Positions 1 through 8,276 of a stretch of DNA of 20,000 bases are shown here, piece after piece; the stretch's first letter is position 1; each line of letters starts with the position of its first letter. Both the position numbers and the translations under genes were made by a program. The notes beneath the pieces were generated by a model that ran no database searches, had not been told where the DNA came from, and was given only the letters and a program-made list of their open reading frames with translations. The stretch spans positions 183,165-203,164 of the forward strand of contig NZ_MWQY01000007.1 of the NCBI RefSeq assembly GCF_002087085.1, written 5' to 3'.

Positions 1-1395
1 ATCGAAGCTTTTTCTGAGGCGGACCCTTCATCCACAATCCAGCCTGTAACAAAAAACCTGCAGGAGATGACGGGTGTGAGTTTTATCGTCGTCATGAACA
101 TGGAGTCCATCCGTTATTCCCATCCGGAACCCGACAGAATCGGCAAGCATTTTGTGGGCGGTGATGAACAGGAAGCCATCCGGGGAAAACGGTATACCTC
201 CACAGCAAAGGGCACTCTGGGGATTTCCCTCAGGAGCTTTGTACCCATCCTCTCGGAAGACGGGCAGATTGGGGTGGTCTCCGTGGGCAAGCTGCTGACG
301 GATATAAAAAACCAGCAGCGAAAATATACGGCGGTACTGAACCTGCTGACCCTCGGAACCCTTGTTATAGGACTGATCGGTGCAATCCTGTTGTCCAGGA
401 ATATCAAGAAAACCATCTTCGGACTGGAACCCTACGAGATTGCCGCCCTTATGGAGGAAAGGGATATTCTTCTTTCCAGCATAAACGAGGGAATCATCGC
501 CATTGACAGAGAGCGCACTATAATCGAGTTGAATGAAAACGCAAAACGACTGTTATCCCTGGACGGCGATTGTATCGGAAAACCGCTGCAGGAACTGTTC
601 CCGGAGACACGGCTTCCGGAGATTATGAAATCCGGAATCCCCCTCATCGATCAGGAGGAGACCATAAACGGTCGAATCGTCCTCTGCAGCCGTAAACCGA
701 TGATATCCAGGGGAGAAACAATAGGGGCTGTCGCCTCCTACCGCGATATGAGCGAAATCAGGAAACTGGCCGAGGAACTTACAGAAGTAAAAAGTTACAT
801 AAACGCCCTGCGGGCCCAGCACCACGAACACCTGAACAAGCTCCATGTAATATCCGGCCTGATTCAGCTGCACCGTTTTAAGGAAGCCGCCAGTTACATT
901 ACCGCCACCATGACAAAGCAGCAGGAACTCTTCGACTTCCTGAGGAACAGGATCGGATCGCCGGCTATCTCCGGACTGCTGCTGGCGAAAATAAAAGAGG
1001 CGGGGGAGAACCACATTGAATGCACAATTGATCCAGAAAGCTCTTTTCCCAGGATACATACGGAAAATGTGGATTCCTTTGTAATAATCATAGGAAACCT
1101 CATTCAAAACGCCATAGACGCCCTTAAAACGGATAAAGCCTCAGTGAAGAAAATCACGGTTCTCCTGAAGCACGGGACAGATTCTATACTGATCGGGGTT
1201 CGGGATACCGGACCGGGAATCCCGAAGAAGTACCATGACCTGATCTTCACCAAAGGCTATACCACCAAGGAGGAATCGGGAAAACGAGGCTACGGACTCT
1301 TTCTGCTGAAGCAGCACGTATCCAGACTGGATGGGTCCATAGAGATAGAAACCTCAGGAGGAACCTGCTTTGTGGTAAAAATACCGAGGCATTAG
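1..1395 (+). CDS. CitA/DpiB/DcuS/MalK-family sensor histidine kinase (5'-truncated by window edge)
   Basis: Frame is open from base 1 (IEAFSEADPSSTIQPV...), so the true start lies upstream. Extracytoplasmic CitA-type sensor motifs (RYSHPEPDRIG, GTLGISLRSFVPI), TM helix, LEPYEIA linker, PAS, H-box LRAQHHEHLNKLHVISGL, N-box GNLIQNAIDA, DTGPGIP, FTKGYTTK, GYGL. Confidence 0.92.
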   Translation: MEAFSEADPSSTIQPVTKNLQEMTGVSFIVVMNMESIRYSHPEPDRIGKHFVGGDEQEAIRGKRYTSTAKGTLGISLRSFVPILSEDGQIGVVSVGKLLTDIKNQQRKYTAVLNLLTLGTLVIGLIGAILLSRNIKKTIFGLEPYEIAALMEERDILLSSINEGIIAIDRERTIIELNENAKRLLSLDGDCIGKPLQELFPETRLPEIMKSGIPLIDQEETINGRIVLCSRKPMISRGETIGAVASYRDMSEIRKLAEELTEVKSYINALRAQHHEHLNKLHVISGLIQLHRFKEAASYITATMTKQQELFDFLRNRIGSPAISGLLLAKIKEAGENHIECTIDPESSFPRIHTENVDSFVIIIGNLIQNAIDALKTDKASVKKITVLLKHGTDSILIGVRDTGPGIPKKYHDLIFTKGYTTKEESGKRGYGLFLLKQHVSRLDGSIEIETSGGTCFVVKIPRH

Positions 1396-1432
1396 TTGCA
1401 TTTTTACACTTATACTGTATAATTAGTGTAAA
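1396..1432 (+). promoter_or_regulatory. Sigma70-type promoter overlapped by an inverted-repeat operator (probable TetR site)
   Basis: TTGCAT (1396-1401)-16 bp-TATAAT (1418-1423); TTTACACT (1403-1410)/AGTGTAAA (1425-1432) inverted repeat; inner TTATAC-T-GTATAA (1410-1422). Confidence 0.75.
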
Positions 1433-1434
1433 TT

Positions 1435-2067
1435 ATGTCCCAGGGTATGAAAAACAGGATCATCCAGGGAGCCGCCGAGCTCTTTACCCGTTTCGGTTAC
1501 GCCAAGGTCAGAATGGAAGAGATTTCTGAGCGTCTTGGAATCAGCAAGAAAACTATTTATAACCATTTCGCCAGCAAAGAGACTCTTTTCAACTCGATGA
1601 TCGAGACCATGGTAGAACGTATCAGCTCCGAGATGGAGCGGATTACCGACGACCTTTCCATTCCTTTTCCGGAAAAGCTCAACCGTATTCTGGAACACGC
1701 TTATCATGAGATCGGCATGAAGGATTCCGCTTTCTTCAAGGACCTGAACCGATACCACGAGGGCCTTGATTCCCGTCCCATCGTACTTCTCAGAGAGTCC
1801 ACCCTGGACGTCATTACCAAGCTTATCCAGCAGGCGGAAGAGGAGGGGATTATAGCCGTTTCGATTCCCCGACAGCGCCTTGCTCAGGTTTTTCAGAATA
1901 TTGTGGAAGGAGTTACCTCGCAAAAACACCGGGAAGAGAGCGCTGTATCCCGGGTCCAGGTACTCAAGGACAGTGTAAAGATAACCCTGGAAGGAATACT
2001 GACCCCCAAAGGCAGGGATCTTCTCACGGATTCAGTCCTGAAACCGGTCATCCCGCTGGAAGGGTAA
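1435..2067 (+). CDS. TetR/AcrR-family transcriptional regulator
   Basis: N-terminal HTH IIQGAAELFTRFGYAKVRMEEISERLGISKKTIYNHFASKETLF; alternative start at 1447. Confidence 0.95.
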   Translation: MSQGMKNRIIQGAAELFTRFGYAKVRMEEISERLGISKKTIYNHFASKETLFNSMIETMVERISSEMERITDDLSIPFPEKLNRILEHAYHEIGMKDSAFFKDLNRYHEGLDSRPIVLLRESTLDVITKLIQQAEEEGIIAVSIPRQRLAQVFQNIVEGVTSQKHREESAVSRVQVLKDSVKITLEGILTPKGRDLLTDSVLKPVIPLEG

Positions 2068-2073
2068 ACCTTT

Positions 2074-4734
2074 ATGAAACTGCTTTATCGCTACCCCATG
2101 ATCAACATACTGCTGTTTCTCGGAATAACCCTGTTCTTTAGCCTGCAGCTTCCGGATCTGAGATTCGATAACGAGGTACTGAACTTTCTGCCCGAGGACA
2201 ACCCCGCCAGGCTCGCGGTGAAGGAACAGCAGGAGCTCTTCGGCGGAGTCATGCTGATCGATGTGGCTATGGAAGCCCCGGAGGACAGCATCCTGCAGCC
2301 CGAAGCCCTTGGAATCCTGCGGGATATAACCCGCCGTATGGAAGAAATTCCCGGCGTGGAGGAGGTGAAGTCCCTCTTCTCCACTGACTACATTCGAGGA
2401 ACCCGGGGAGGAATGGTCGTTGAAGCCCTGATCCCCGGGGAGGGGCCCTATACCCCGGAGGACGCGGCGGCCCTCAAAGAGAAGCTGATCTCCTGGAAGA
2501 TCTATCATGGTCTCCTGATCTCCCGGGATTACAGCGCAACCCAGATCGGGGTCCGCTATTCAACTGAGCTCAGTCCGGAGGAACAGGAGACCATCTATCG
2601 GGAAATCCTGAATATAACCGATACGTACGCCGAGACCCCCTATCGTTTCCATGTTGCCGGAACACCAGCCCTCACCGTCCTTGTCAGCAATAATATGCGC
2701 AGTGACCTGAAAACCCTGGTTCCCTTCGTGCTGATTGTGCTTCTGCTTGTCCTGAGTCTTACCTTCCGCCGCCTCCTGGGGGTTCTGCTCCCGATGATTA
2801 CCGTGAGCATCAGCACTGTCTGGATTATCGGTGTCATGGCGCTGCTGCATATCCCCCTGTCGATACTCGGCACGGTCATCCCGGTACTGATGCTGGCTGT
2901 GGGATCGGCCTACGGAATTCACCTGATGAGCCGCTATTTCGACGAAGCCGATCCGAAGGAGGAGCAGAGGGAGATAGTCTTCAGAACGTTGCGCCACGTG
3001 GGGCAGCCTGTCGCCCTCGCAGGAATAACCACAATCATCGGCTTCGGTTCCCTGGGAGTCAGTCAAATTGTTCCCATGCGCAGCTTCGGCATTTTTACCG
3101 CCCTGGGGGTCGTAATCGCCCTGATTACCGCCCTGCTCTTTCTGCCGTCTGTCCTGCTCCTGAGGCGGCGACCATATCAGAAGAGGCGTCCGGGCACAGG
3201 CAGCGGAGGGGTCTTCATGAGAACCCTTCTGGAGAAGCTGCTCGCTAATACCACGAAGGGGAAAACCGCCGTACTCGTTATTGCTCTCCTCGTAAGCCTC
3301 GGTGCCGCCTGGGGCGCCGCACAGCTGATTGTGGATAACGCCCTGGTGGAATACTTCAAGGATTCCACCCACATAAGGATTTCCGACCGTTTTATCCGGG
3401 AAAAGTTCGTGGGGACCAAAAGCTTCGACATCATCATCTCAGGGGAAAAGCCCGGCGACATGGCGGAGCCCCGGATACTCGCCGCCATGGATAAACTCGC
3501 CGCCTGGCTGGAAAAGAACTATTCACAGGTTGCGAAGGTCGTCTCCTTCTCCGATTTCATTCGGCGAATGAACCAGGTCATGCACGTTGACGAACCGGGG
3601 AAACTGGGCTCCGAAAACATTCCGGCTGCAGACAGCAGCTGGAGTGAAAGCGAGGAATGGTCGGAATCCGCCTTCTCACGGAACGATCCGAAAAGCGGCA
3701 CGGAGCATGACCCCTGGGCGGAAGCCGCCGCCTGGAGTACCGGTCCGGAGATCCAGGAAACGAAACAGGCCAACACCGCTGCAGCGGACCCATATACCGC
3801 GGCGGCGGAACTTCTGTTCCAGGCCTGCGCCGGGGCCGATACCATGGAGATTGGAACCTCCGAACTGATCCGCCTTACCGGAGTCCTTACCAACCGCGAC
3901 GGCCTTGCCTGGGACGAGATCCCCGCCGATCCGCTGCGTTACGGACTGGAAAGCCCTGAGGATCTCAGGAATCTGATAAGCCAGTACCTGCTGCTCTACT
4001 CCGGGAGCCTGGACTCCTTCGCCGACGACGGCCTGGAACCCCGGACCGCCCGCATGGCCGTCAGCCTCTCAACACCGGGAAATATCTTTACAAAGGAACT
4101 ACTGCAGGCAATCGAAACCTTTGTGTCAAAGAACTTCCCCCCCGGGTACTCCGTCGGGTATGCCGGAATCGCCCTTGCAGAGAAGGCGGTGAGTGATCTT
4201 GTTACCGGGGCTGCGATTCAGAGTATCCTGCTATCCCTGGCAGCTGTTTTCATTATCGTTTCACTGAACCACCGTTCCCTGGCGGTCGGACTTATCGGCG
4301 CAGTCCCCCTGGGACTGACCGTGCTGATAAACTTTGGAGTGATGGGGATAAGCGGTATAAAACTGGACATCGCGACCTCCATGGTGGGAAGCGTTGCCAT
4401 CGGGATCGGTATTGACTACACCATCCATTTTCTGTCCGCCTACCGCCAGGCCCGCCTGGTAACGGAGGATGTATCCCAGGTTACCGCATCGGCTCTCCGG
4501 ACCAGCGGAAAAGCCATCATCTATAATGCCCTGTCTGTAGCGGCGGGCTTCCTGGTACTGGGTTTCTCCCGTTTCAATCCCCTCATGTACCTGGGGATTC
4601 TGATTTCCCTTACCATGATTACATCCGCCGTTGCCTCACTGACCGTGGTTCCCGGACTCCTCAATACCTTCAAGCCTGCAGGCATGGCAAGGAGTCCAGG
4701 ACCTCACCTGACCAATCAAAAGGAGGATACGTAA
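2074..4734 (+). CDS. MMPL/RND-superfamily transporter (1+5 TM repeat twice)
   Basis: Two repeats of one TM + periplasmic loop + 5 TMs; TM4 AVGSAYGIHL and TM10 GIGIDYTIHF; TTIIGFGSL and AAGFLVLGFSRF motifs typical of MMPL-family exporters. Confidence 0.92.
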   Translation: MKLLYRYPMINILLFLGITLFFSLQLPDLRFDNEVLNFLPEDNPARLAVKEQQELFGGVMLIDVAMEAPEDSILQPEALGILRDITRRMEEIPGVEEVKSLFSTDYIRGTRGGMVVEALIPGEGPYTPEDAAALKEKLISWKIYHGLLISRDYSATQIGVRYSTELSPEEQETIYREILNITDTYAETPYRFHVAGTPALTVLVSNNMRSDLKTLVPFVLIVLLLVLSLTFRRLLGVLLPMITVSISTVWIIGVMALLHIPLSILGTVIPVLMLAVGSAYGIHLMSRYFDEADPKEEQREIVFRTLRHVGQPVALAGITTIIGFGSLGVSQIVPMRSFGIFTALGVVIALITALLFLPSVLLLRRRPYQKRRPGTGSGGVFMRTLLEKLLANTTKGKTAVLVIALLVSLGAAWGAAQLIVDNALVEYFKDSTHIRISDRFIREKFVGTKSFDIIISGEKPGDMAEPRILAAMDKLAAWLEKNYSQVAKVVSFSDFIRRMNQVMHVDEPGKLGSENIPAADSSWSESEEWSESAFSRNDPKSGTEHDPWAEAAAWSTGPEIQETKQANTAAADPYTAAAELLFQACAGADTMEIGTSELIRLTGVLTNRDGLAWDEIPADPLRYGLESPEDLRNLISQYLLLYSGSLDSFADDGLEPRTARMAVSLSTPGNIFTKELLQAIETFVSKNFPPGYSVGYAGIALAEKAVSDLVTGAAIQSILLSLAAVFIIVSLNHRSLAVGLIGAVPLGLTVLINFGVMGISGIKLDIATSMVGSVAIGIGIDYTIHFLSAYRQARLVTEDVSQVTASALRTSGKAIIYNALSVAAGFLVLGFSRFNPLMYLGILISLTMITSAVASLTVVPGLLNTFKPAGMARSPGPHLTNQKEDT

Positions 4735-5516
4735 TGAGCAGGAAAATCTTTTTTCTGGCGAGTATTCTGTTCCTCTCTGCTGCCGCTGCAAACGCCCAGA
4801 CCGGGCGTGAGATAATGGAATGGCTGGACGCTGCAAACGAGCCTGATACCAGCCATGCCCTGGTAAAAATGAACATAATCGAAGCTGACGGATCGCTTAA
4901 GGAGCGCGTATTCGAAGAGTGGAGCGCCCTGGATACAACCGGAAGGAAGCACAGGGTTATTGTCTTTCACACCCCTGCCTCTGTCCGGGACACCAGGTTC
5001 CTGGTCAAGGAGAACGAGGACCGTGATGATGACCAGTGGATCTATCTTCCCGCCCTGAGGAAGGTACGGCGAATATCCGCATCCGAAGGAGGAGACTCCT
5101 TCATGGGGACGGAGTTCAGCTACGATGATCTGAAAAGCAGGGAGATTGACGACTACAGCTATACCCGACTGGGGGACGGCGAAGCCCTGGGCTATGCATG
5201 CTGGATCGTTGAATCCCTCCCCAAAGCAGGGACGGAAAGCCAGTACAGCAGGGTTCTCCGCTGGATTACCAGGGACCGGGAAATCATGCGGACTCTGCGG
5301 ATGGAGCTCTTTGGAGAGGATGAAGAGATAGAGAAGATATTCACCGTGGAAAAGCTGGAAATCGTGGACAGCTACTGGACCCCCCTGTCGGTGCTGATGA
5401 AAAACACACGAACCGGTCGGGGGACCCGGCTCGTACAGCAGCGGATAGAACTCGACAAACCGGTAAATCCCCGGCGATTCACCACCCGCTACCTGGAAAC
5501 AGGCAGGACCGAATAG
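4734..5516 (+). CDS. LolA-like 'outer membrane lipoprotein-sorting' periplasmic protein
   Basis: Signal peptide; family motifs PASVRDTRFL, DDQWIYLPALRKVRRI, SFMGTEFSYDDL; TAATG stop/start overlap with the RND gene and AGGAGG RBS. Confidence 0.9.
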   Translation: MSRKIFFLASILFLSAAAANAQTGREIMEWLDAANEPDTSHALVKMNIIEADGSLKERVFEEWSALDTTGRKHRVIVFHTPASVRDTRFLVKENEDRDDDQWIYLPALRKVRRISASEGGDSFMGTEFSYDDLKSREIDDYSYTRLGDGEALGYACWIVESLPKAGTESQYSRVLRWITRDREIMRTLRMELFGEDEEIEKIFTVEKLEIVDSYWTPLSVLMKNTRTGRGTRLVQQRIELDKPVNPRRFTTRYLETGRTE

Positions 5517-5527
5517 GAGGACAATAC

Positions 5528-6829
5528 ATGAAACAACAGTGGATTCTTCTGGTGATACTTACTGCTGTCTTTGGAGCAGGGCTTCACGCTGAAGAAGAAG
5601 GCTTTAACGACGGCTCCTTTTTTGAGAAGGAAGATCAGACGGTACCAGCCTCATCACCCCTGGAAATCGGCGGAAGACTCGAACTGAGTACCCGTTATGC
5701 CGTCAATGATGACGGTTTCGGCGACGGAGAAGAACTTCTCAGCGTTCCTGAACTTCGTCTCGATCTGGATTTTCGTGGAAAAAAGACTGATATCCGGGTC
5801 AGCGGCCGGGTTGAACAGATCCCCGGAGAAAAGCAGGCTCAGGGCCGAATCGATGAGGCCTACCTGCGATATTACGCCCGATACTTTGACCTGGAGATCG
5901 GATACATGAAACCAATCTGGGGCCCCGGAGACAAGGTCCATGCGGTAGATATCCTTACCCCCATGGATTACAGCGATTTTATCAACCCCGACTACGCGGA
6001 GCGCAAGGAGGCGGAAGCAATGATCAAGTTGAACATCCCCGCCAAGGATGGCCTGCTTGAGCTGGTCTACCTGCCGGTCTTTACCCCGGACACAATCCCC
6101 TGGGAAGGGACATGGGTCCCCCGGGATGTAGCAGAAGTTCAGGAAGCAATGACCTTCTACGGCATTTCCACTCTGTCGGAAGAAGAAACCGCGGATTTTT
6201 CCCACAGCAGCTTTGCATTCCGCTATACCGAAAGCATCGGTTCCTTTGACCTGGGGGGTATCTACTACCTGGGCTACTACCGTCAGCCGACGGTCAATAT
6301 CGCCGATGAAAGCTTGAGTTACGACCAGGTCAACATGGTGGGCATTCACGGGACAGCCGTCGCCGGAGAACTGACTCTGCGGGCCGAAGCCGGCTGGTAC
6401 GCCACCGGGGATTACCAGGGGGATGACCCGGAGGTCCGGAACAGCGAATTCCGCTGGGTTGGAGGCTTTGACTGCAATCTGCCGGTCTCACGGATCAATA
6501 TCAACATTCAGGAAACGGGAACCCTGCTTCTGAACAGCGATGCCATAGAATCCCCACAGGACGTTCAGATCAATAGCCCGACCACCGAAAACATGCTTAT
6601 CCTCTGCATCAGGGACTCCTGGAACAGGAATACCGTTGAACCTGAACTGAAATTTATCCTGGGTCTGGAGGACCGGGATTACCTTCTCAAACCCTCCATA
6701 AAAGCACTTTTCCACGACGAACTGGAATTCTCCCTTGCTGCCTCCATTTTCGGTGGCGACGAAGGCGGCAACTTCGGCCATTTCGACGAAAGGGATTTTA
6801 TTGAACTCAGTTTTTCCTGCCTTTTTTAA
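5528..6829 (+). CDS. Probable outer-membrane beta-barrel protein (DUF1302-like)
   Basis: Signal peptide, IDEAYLRYY, amphipathic beta-strand pattern, C-terminal FG.F...D...L.F...F ending in Phe; AGGAGG RBS; last gene of the RND/LolA-like operon. Confidence 0.7.
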   Translation: MKQQWILLVILTAVFGAGLHAEEEGFNDGSFFEKEDQTVPASSPLEIGGRLELSTRYAVNDDGFGDGEELLSVPELRLDLDFRGKKTDIRVSGRVEQIPGEKQAQGRIDEAYLRYYARYFDLEIGYMKPIWGPGDKVHAVDILTPMDYSDFINPDYAERKEAEAMIKLNIPAKDGLLELVYLPVFTPDTIPWEGTWVPRDVAEVQEAMTFYGISTLSEEETADFSHSSFAFRYTESIGSFDLGGIYYLGYYRQPTVNIADESLSYDQVNMVGIHGTAVAGELTLRAEAGWYATGDYQGDDPEVRNSEFRWVGGFDCNLPVSRININIQETGTLLLNSDAIESPQDVQINSPTTENMLILCIRDSWNRNTVEPELKFILGLEDRDYLLKPSIKALFHDELEFSLAASIFGGDEGGNFGHFDERDFIELSFSCLF

Positions 6830-6870
6830 AACTGGCTCCTGAAGGGCTCAATCGCCTTTGCAGAATATTC

Positions 6871-6913
6871 GCCGGCGAAGGGGGTGCGAGCCCTTCGCCG
6901 GCCCTTTTCCTTT
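6871..6913 (+). terminator. Intrinsic terminator of the TetR-RND operon
   Basis: 12-bp perfect stem GCCGGCGAAGGG (6871-6882)/CCCTTCGCCGGC (6891-6902), 8-nt loop, followed by CCTTTTCCTTT. Confidence 0.7.
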
Positions 6914-6915
6914 AC

Positions 6916-6945
6916 TTGCCAAAACACCCCGCTCCTGATAATAAT
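6916..6945 (+). promoter_or_regulatory. Putative sigma70 promoter for thrH
   Basis: TTGCCA (6916-6921) with TGATAATAAT (6936-6945) at 17-18 bp spacing, right after the terminator. Confidence 0.5.
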
Positions 6946-7024
6946 GATGTACCCGTTAACAGTCGACGAGAACCGCGGGAGACGGAGGCTTCAAGCCGAC
7001 GGCGACCATATAAGAGGAGTCAGT

Positions 7025-7639
7025 ATGCGAGTTGTGTGTCTGGACCTGGAAGGGGTCCTGGTACCGGAAATTTGGATCAACGTGGCAGAGAAAACCGGAA
7101 TCGAAGAGCTCCGCCTTACAACCCGCGATATTCCCGATTACGATGTCCTGATGAAAAAACGTCTCGGAATTCTCGATGAGCACAGCCTTACCCTGAAGGA
7201 CATCCAGGAGGTAATCTCCTCCATGAGTCCTCTACCCGGGGCAGGAGACTTCCTGGAAGAGTTGAGGAGCGAATACCAGGTAATAATCCTCTCCGACACC
7301 TTTGACCAGTTTGCCTCACCGCTTATGCGGCAGCTCCGCTGGCCGACCCTCTTCTGCAACACCCTGGAAGTGGACGATGCTCACCGCATTACCGGTTATC
7401 GCCTGCGACAGCAGGACGGTAAACGCAAAGCCGTCGAAGCCCTGCGTTCCCTGAACATGCGCATTATCGCATCCGGAGACTCATACAACGATATCAGCAT
7501 GCTCTCCTCCGCCCACGCGGGCGTGCTGTTTCGGCCTCCGGAGAATATAATCGCCGAGTACCCCGAGTTTCCCGTTACCCGGGAATACGGAGAACTGCGG
7601 CGGGAGATAGACCGGAGTTTCGCCGGAATTCCCGTGTAG
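7025..7639 (+). CDS. thrH: Bifunctional phosphoserine phosphatase / phosphoserine:homoserine phosphotransferase (HAD family)
   Basis: N-terminus MRVVCLDLEGVLVPEIWINVAEKTGIEELRLTTRDIPDYDVLM is the ThrH signature (DLEG motif I), plus ILSDTF and GDSYNDISML; start moved to ATG 7025 because of GAGGAG at 7014-7019. Confidence 0.95.
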   Translation: MRVVCLDLEGVLVPEIWINVAEKTGIEELRLTTRDIPDYDVLMKKRLGILDEHSLTLKDIQEVISSMSPLPGAGDFLEELRSEYQVIILSDTFDQFASPLMRQLRWPTLFCNTLEVDDAHRITGYRLRQQDGKRKAVEALRSLNMRIIASGDSYNDISMLSSAHAGVLFRPPENIIAEYPEFPVTREYGELRREIDRSFAGIPV

Positions 7640-7691
7640 AATCCGGCCGGCTCCGGGGGGCGGAAAAAGTCCATGTATCGCGAGGTAAAAA

Positions 7692-8276
7692 ATGTCGCGC
7701 CCCAGTACAGAGTTCCTGCGTATCTGCCTTCTCATCGGCATAGCTGCTCTCTTTTCCGGATGCAGTGTCGATTCTGAACAAAGACTATCCCCCATACGGC
7801 AGCAGATCCGGTCAGTTCTGGAGATACCATCCTATGAGCACATCTACCGGGAGGTAATATACCTGGGAAAGGAGAACAGCTTTCTTGGTTTCAGAACCCT
7901 GGATCAACGGCTTCTATTCGCCGTCGACATGAGGGTCCAGGCGGGAATTCGCCTGGACAGGGGCTTTCAACTGCGACCCGCCGGTACGAGAAGGATCGAC
8001 ATTCTCCTTCCACCGGCGGAAATCCTTCTTATTGACGCCGACGAGGAGAGTATCGAGCAGTTCTTTCTGCTGGAACGCGGCGGATCGATTACCCATACCG
8101 AATACTACGATGAGATCGAATTGAGCAAAGAGTCTGTACGGGACGATGCCATAAGCCGGGGGATTCTGGACAAGGCAGAGGAAAACGCCCGAACCCTGAT
8201 TCGGGGTATTCTCTCGGGAGCCGGATACCGGGAAATCCGCTTTATCACCGTCGATCCCGGGGAGGAAGGAGCATGA
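7692..8276 (+). CDS. DUF4230-like lipoprotein
   Basis: Lipobox LFSG-C after a hydrophobic stretch; VQAGIRL...I.LPPAEIL...GILDKAEENARTLIRGIL..AGY..I pattern typical of DUF4230; GAGGT RBS. Confidence 0.7.
   Translation: MSRPSTEFLRICLLIGIAALFSGCSVDSEQRLSPIRQQIRSVLEIPSYEHIYREVIYLGKENSFLGFRTLDQRLLFAVDMRVQAGIRLDRGFQLRPAGTRRIDILLPPAEILLIDADEESIEQFFLLERGGSITHTEYYDEIELSKESVRDDAISRGILDKAEENARTLIRGILSGAGYREIRFITVDPGEEGA

Noticed and set aside
6884..7024. 47-aa N-terminal extension of ThrH in the ORF track
   Set aside because: Runs through a terminator and promoter; ThrH homology and the RBS point to ATG 7025.
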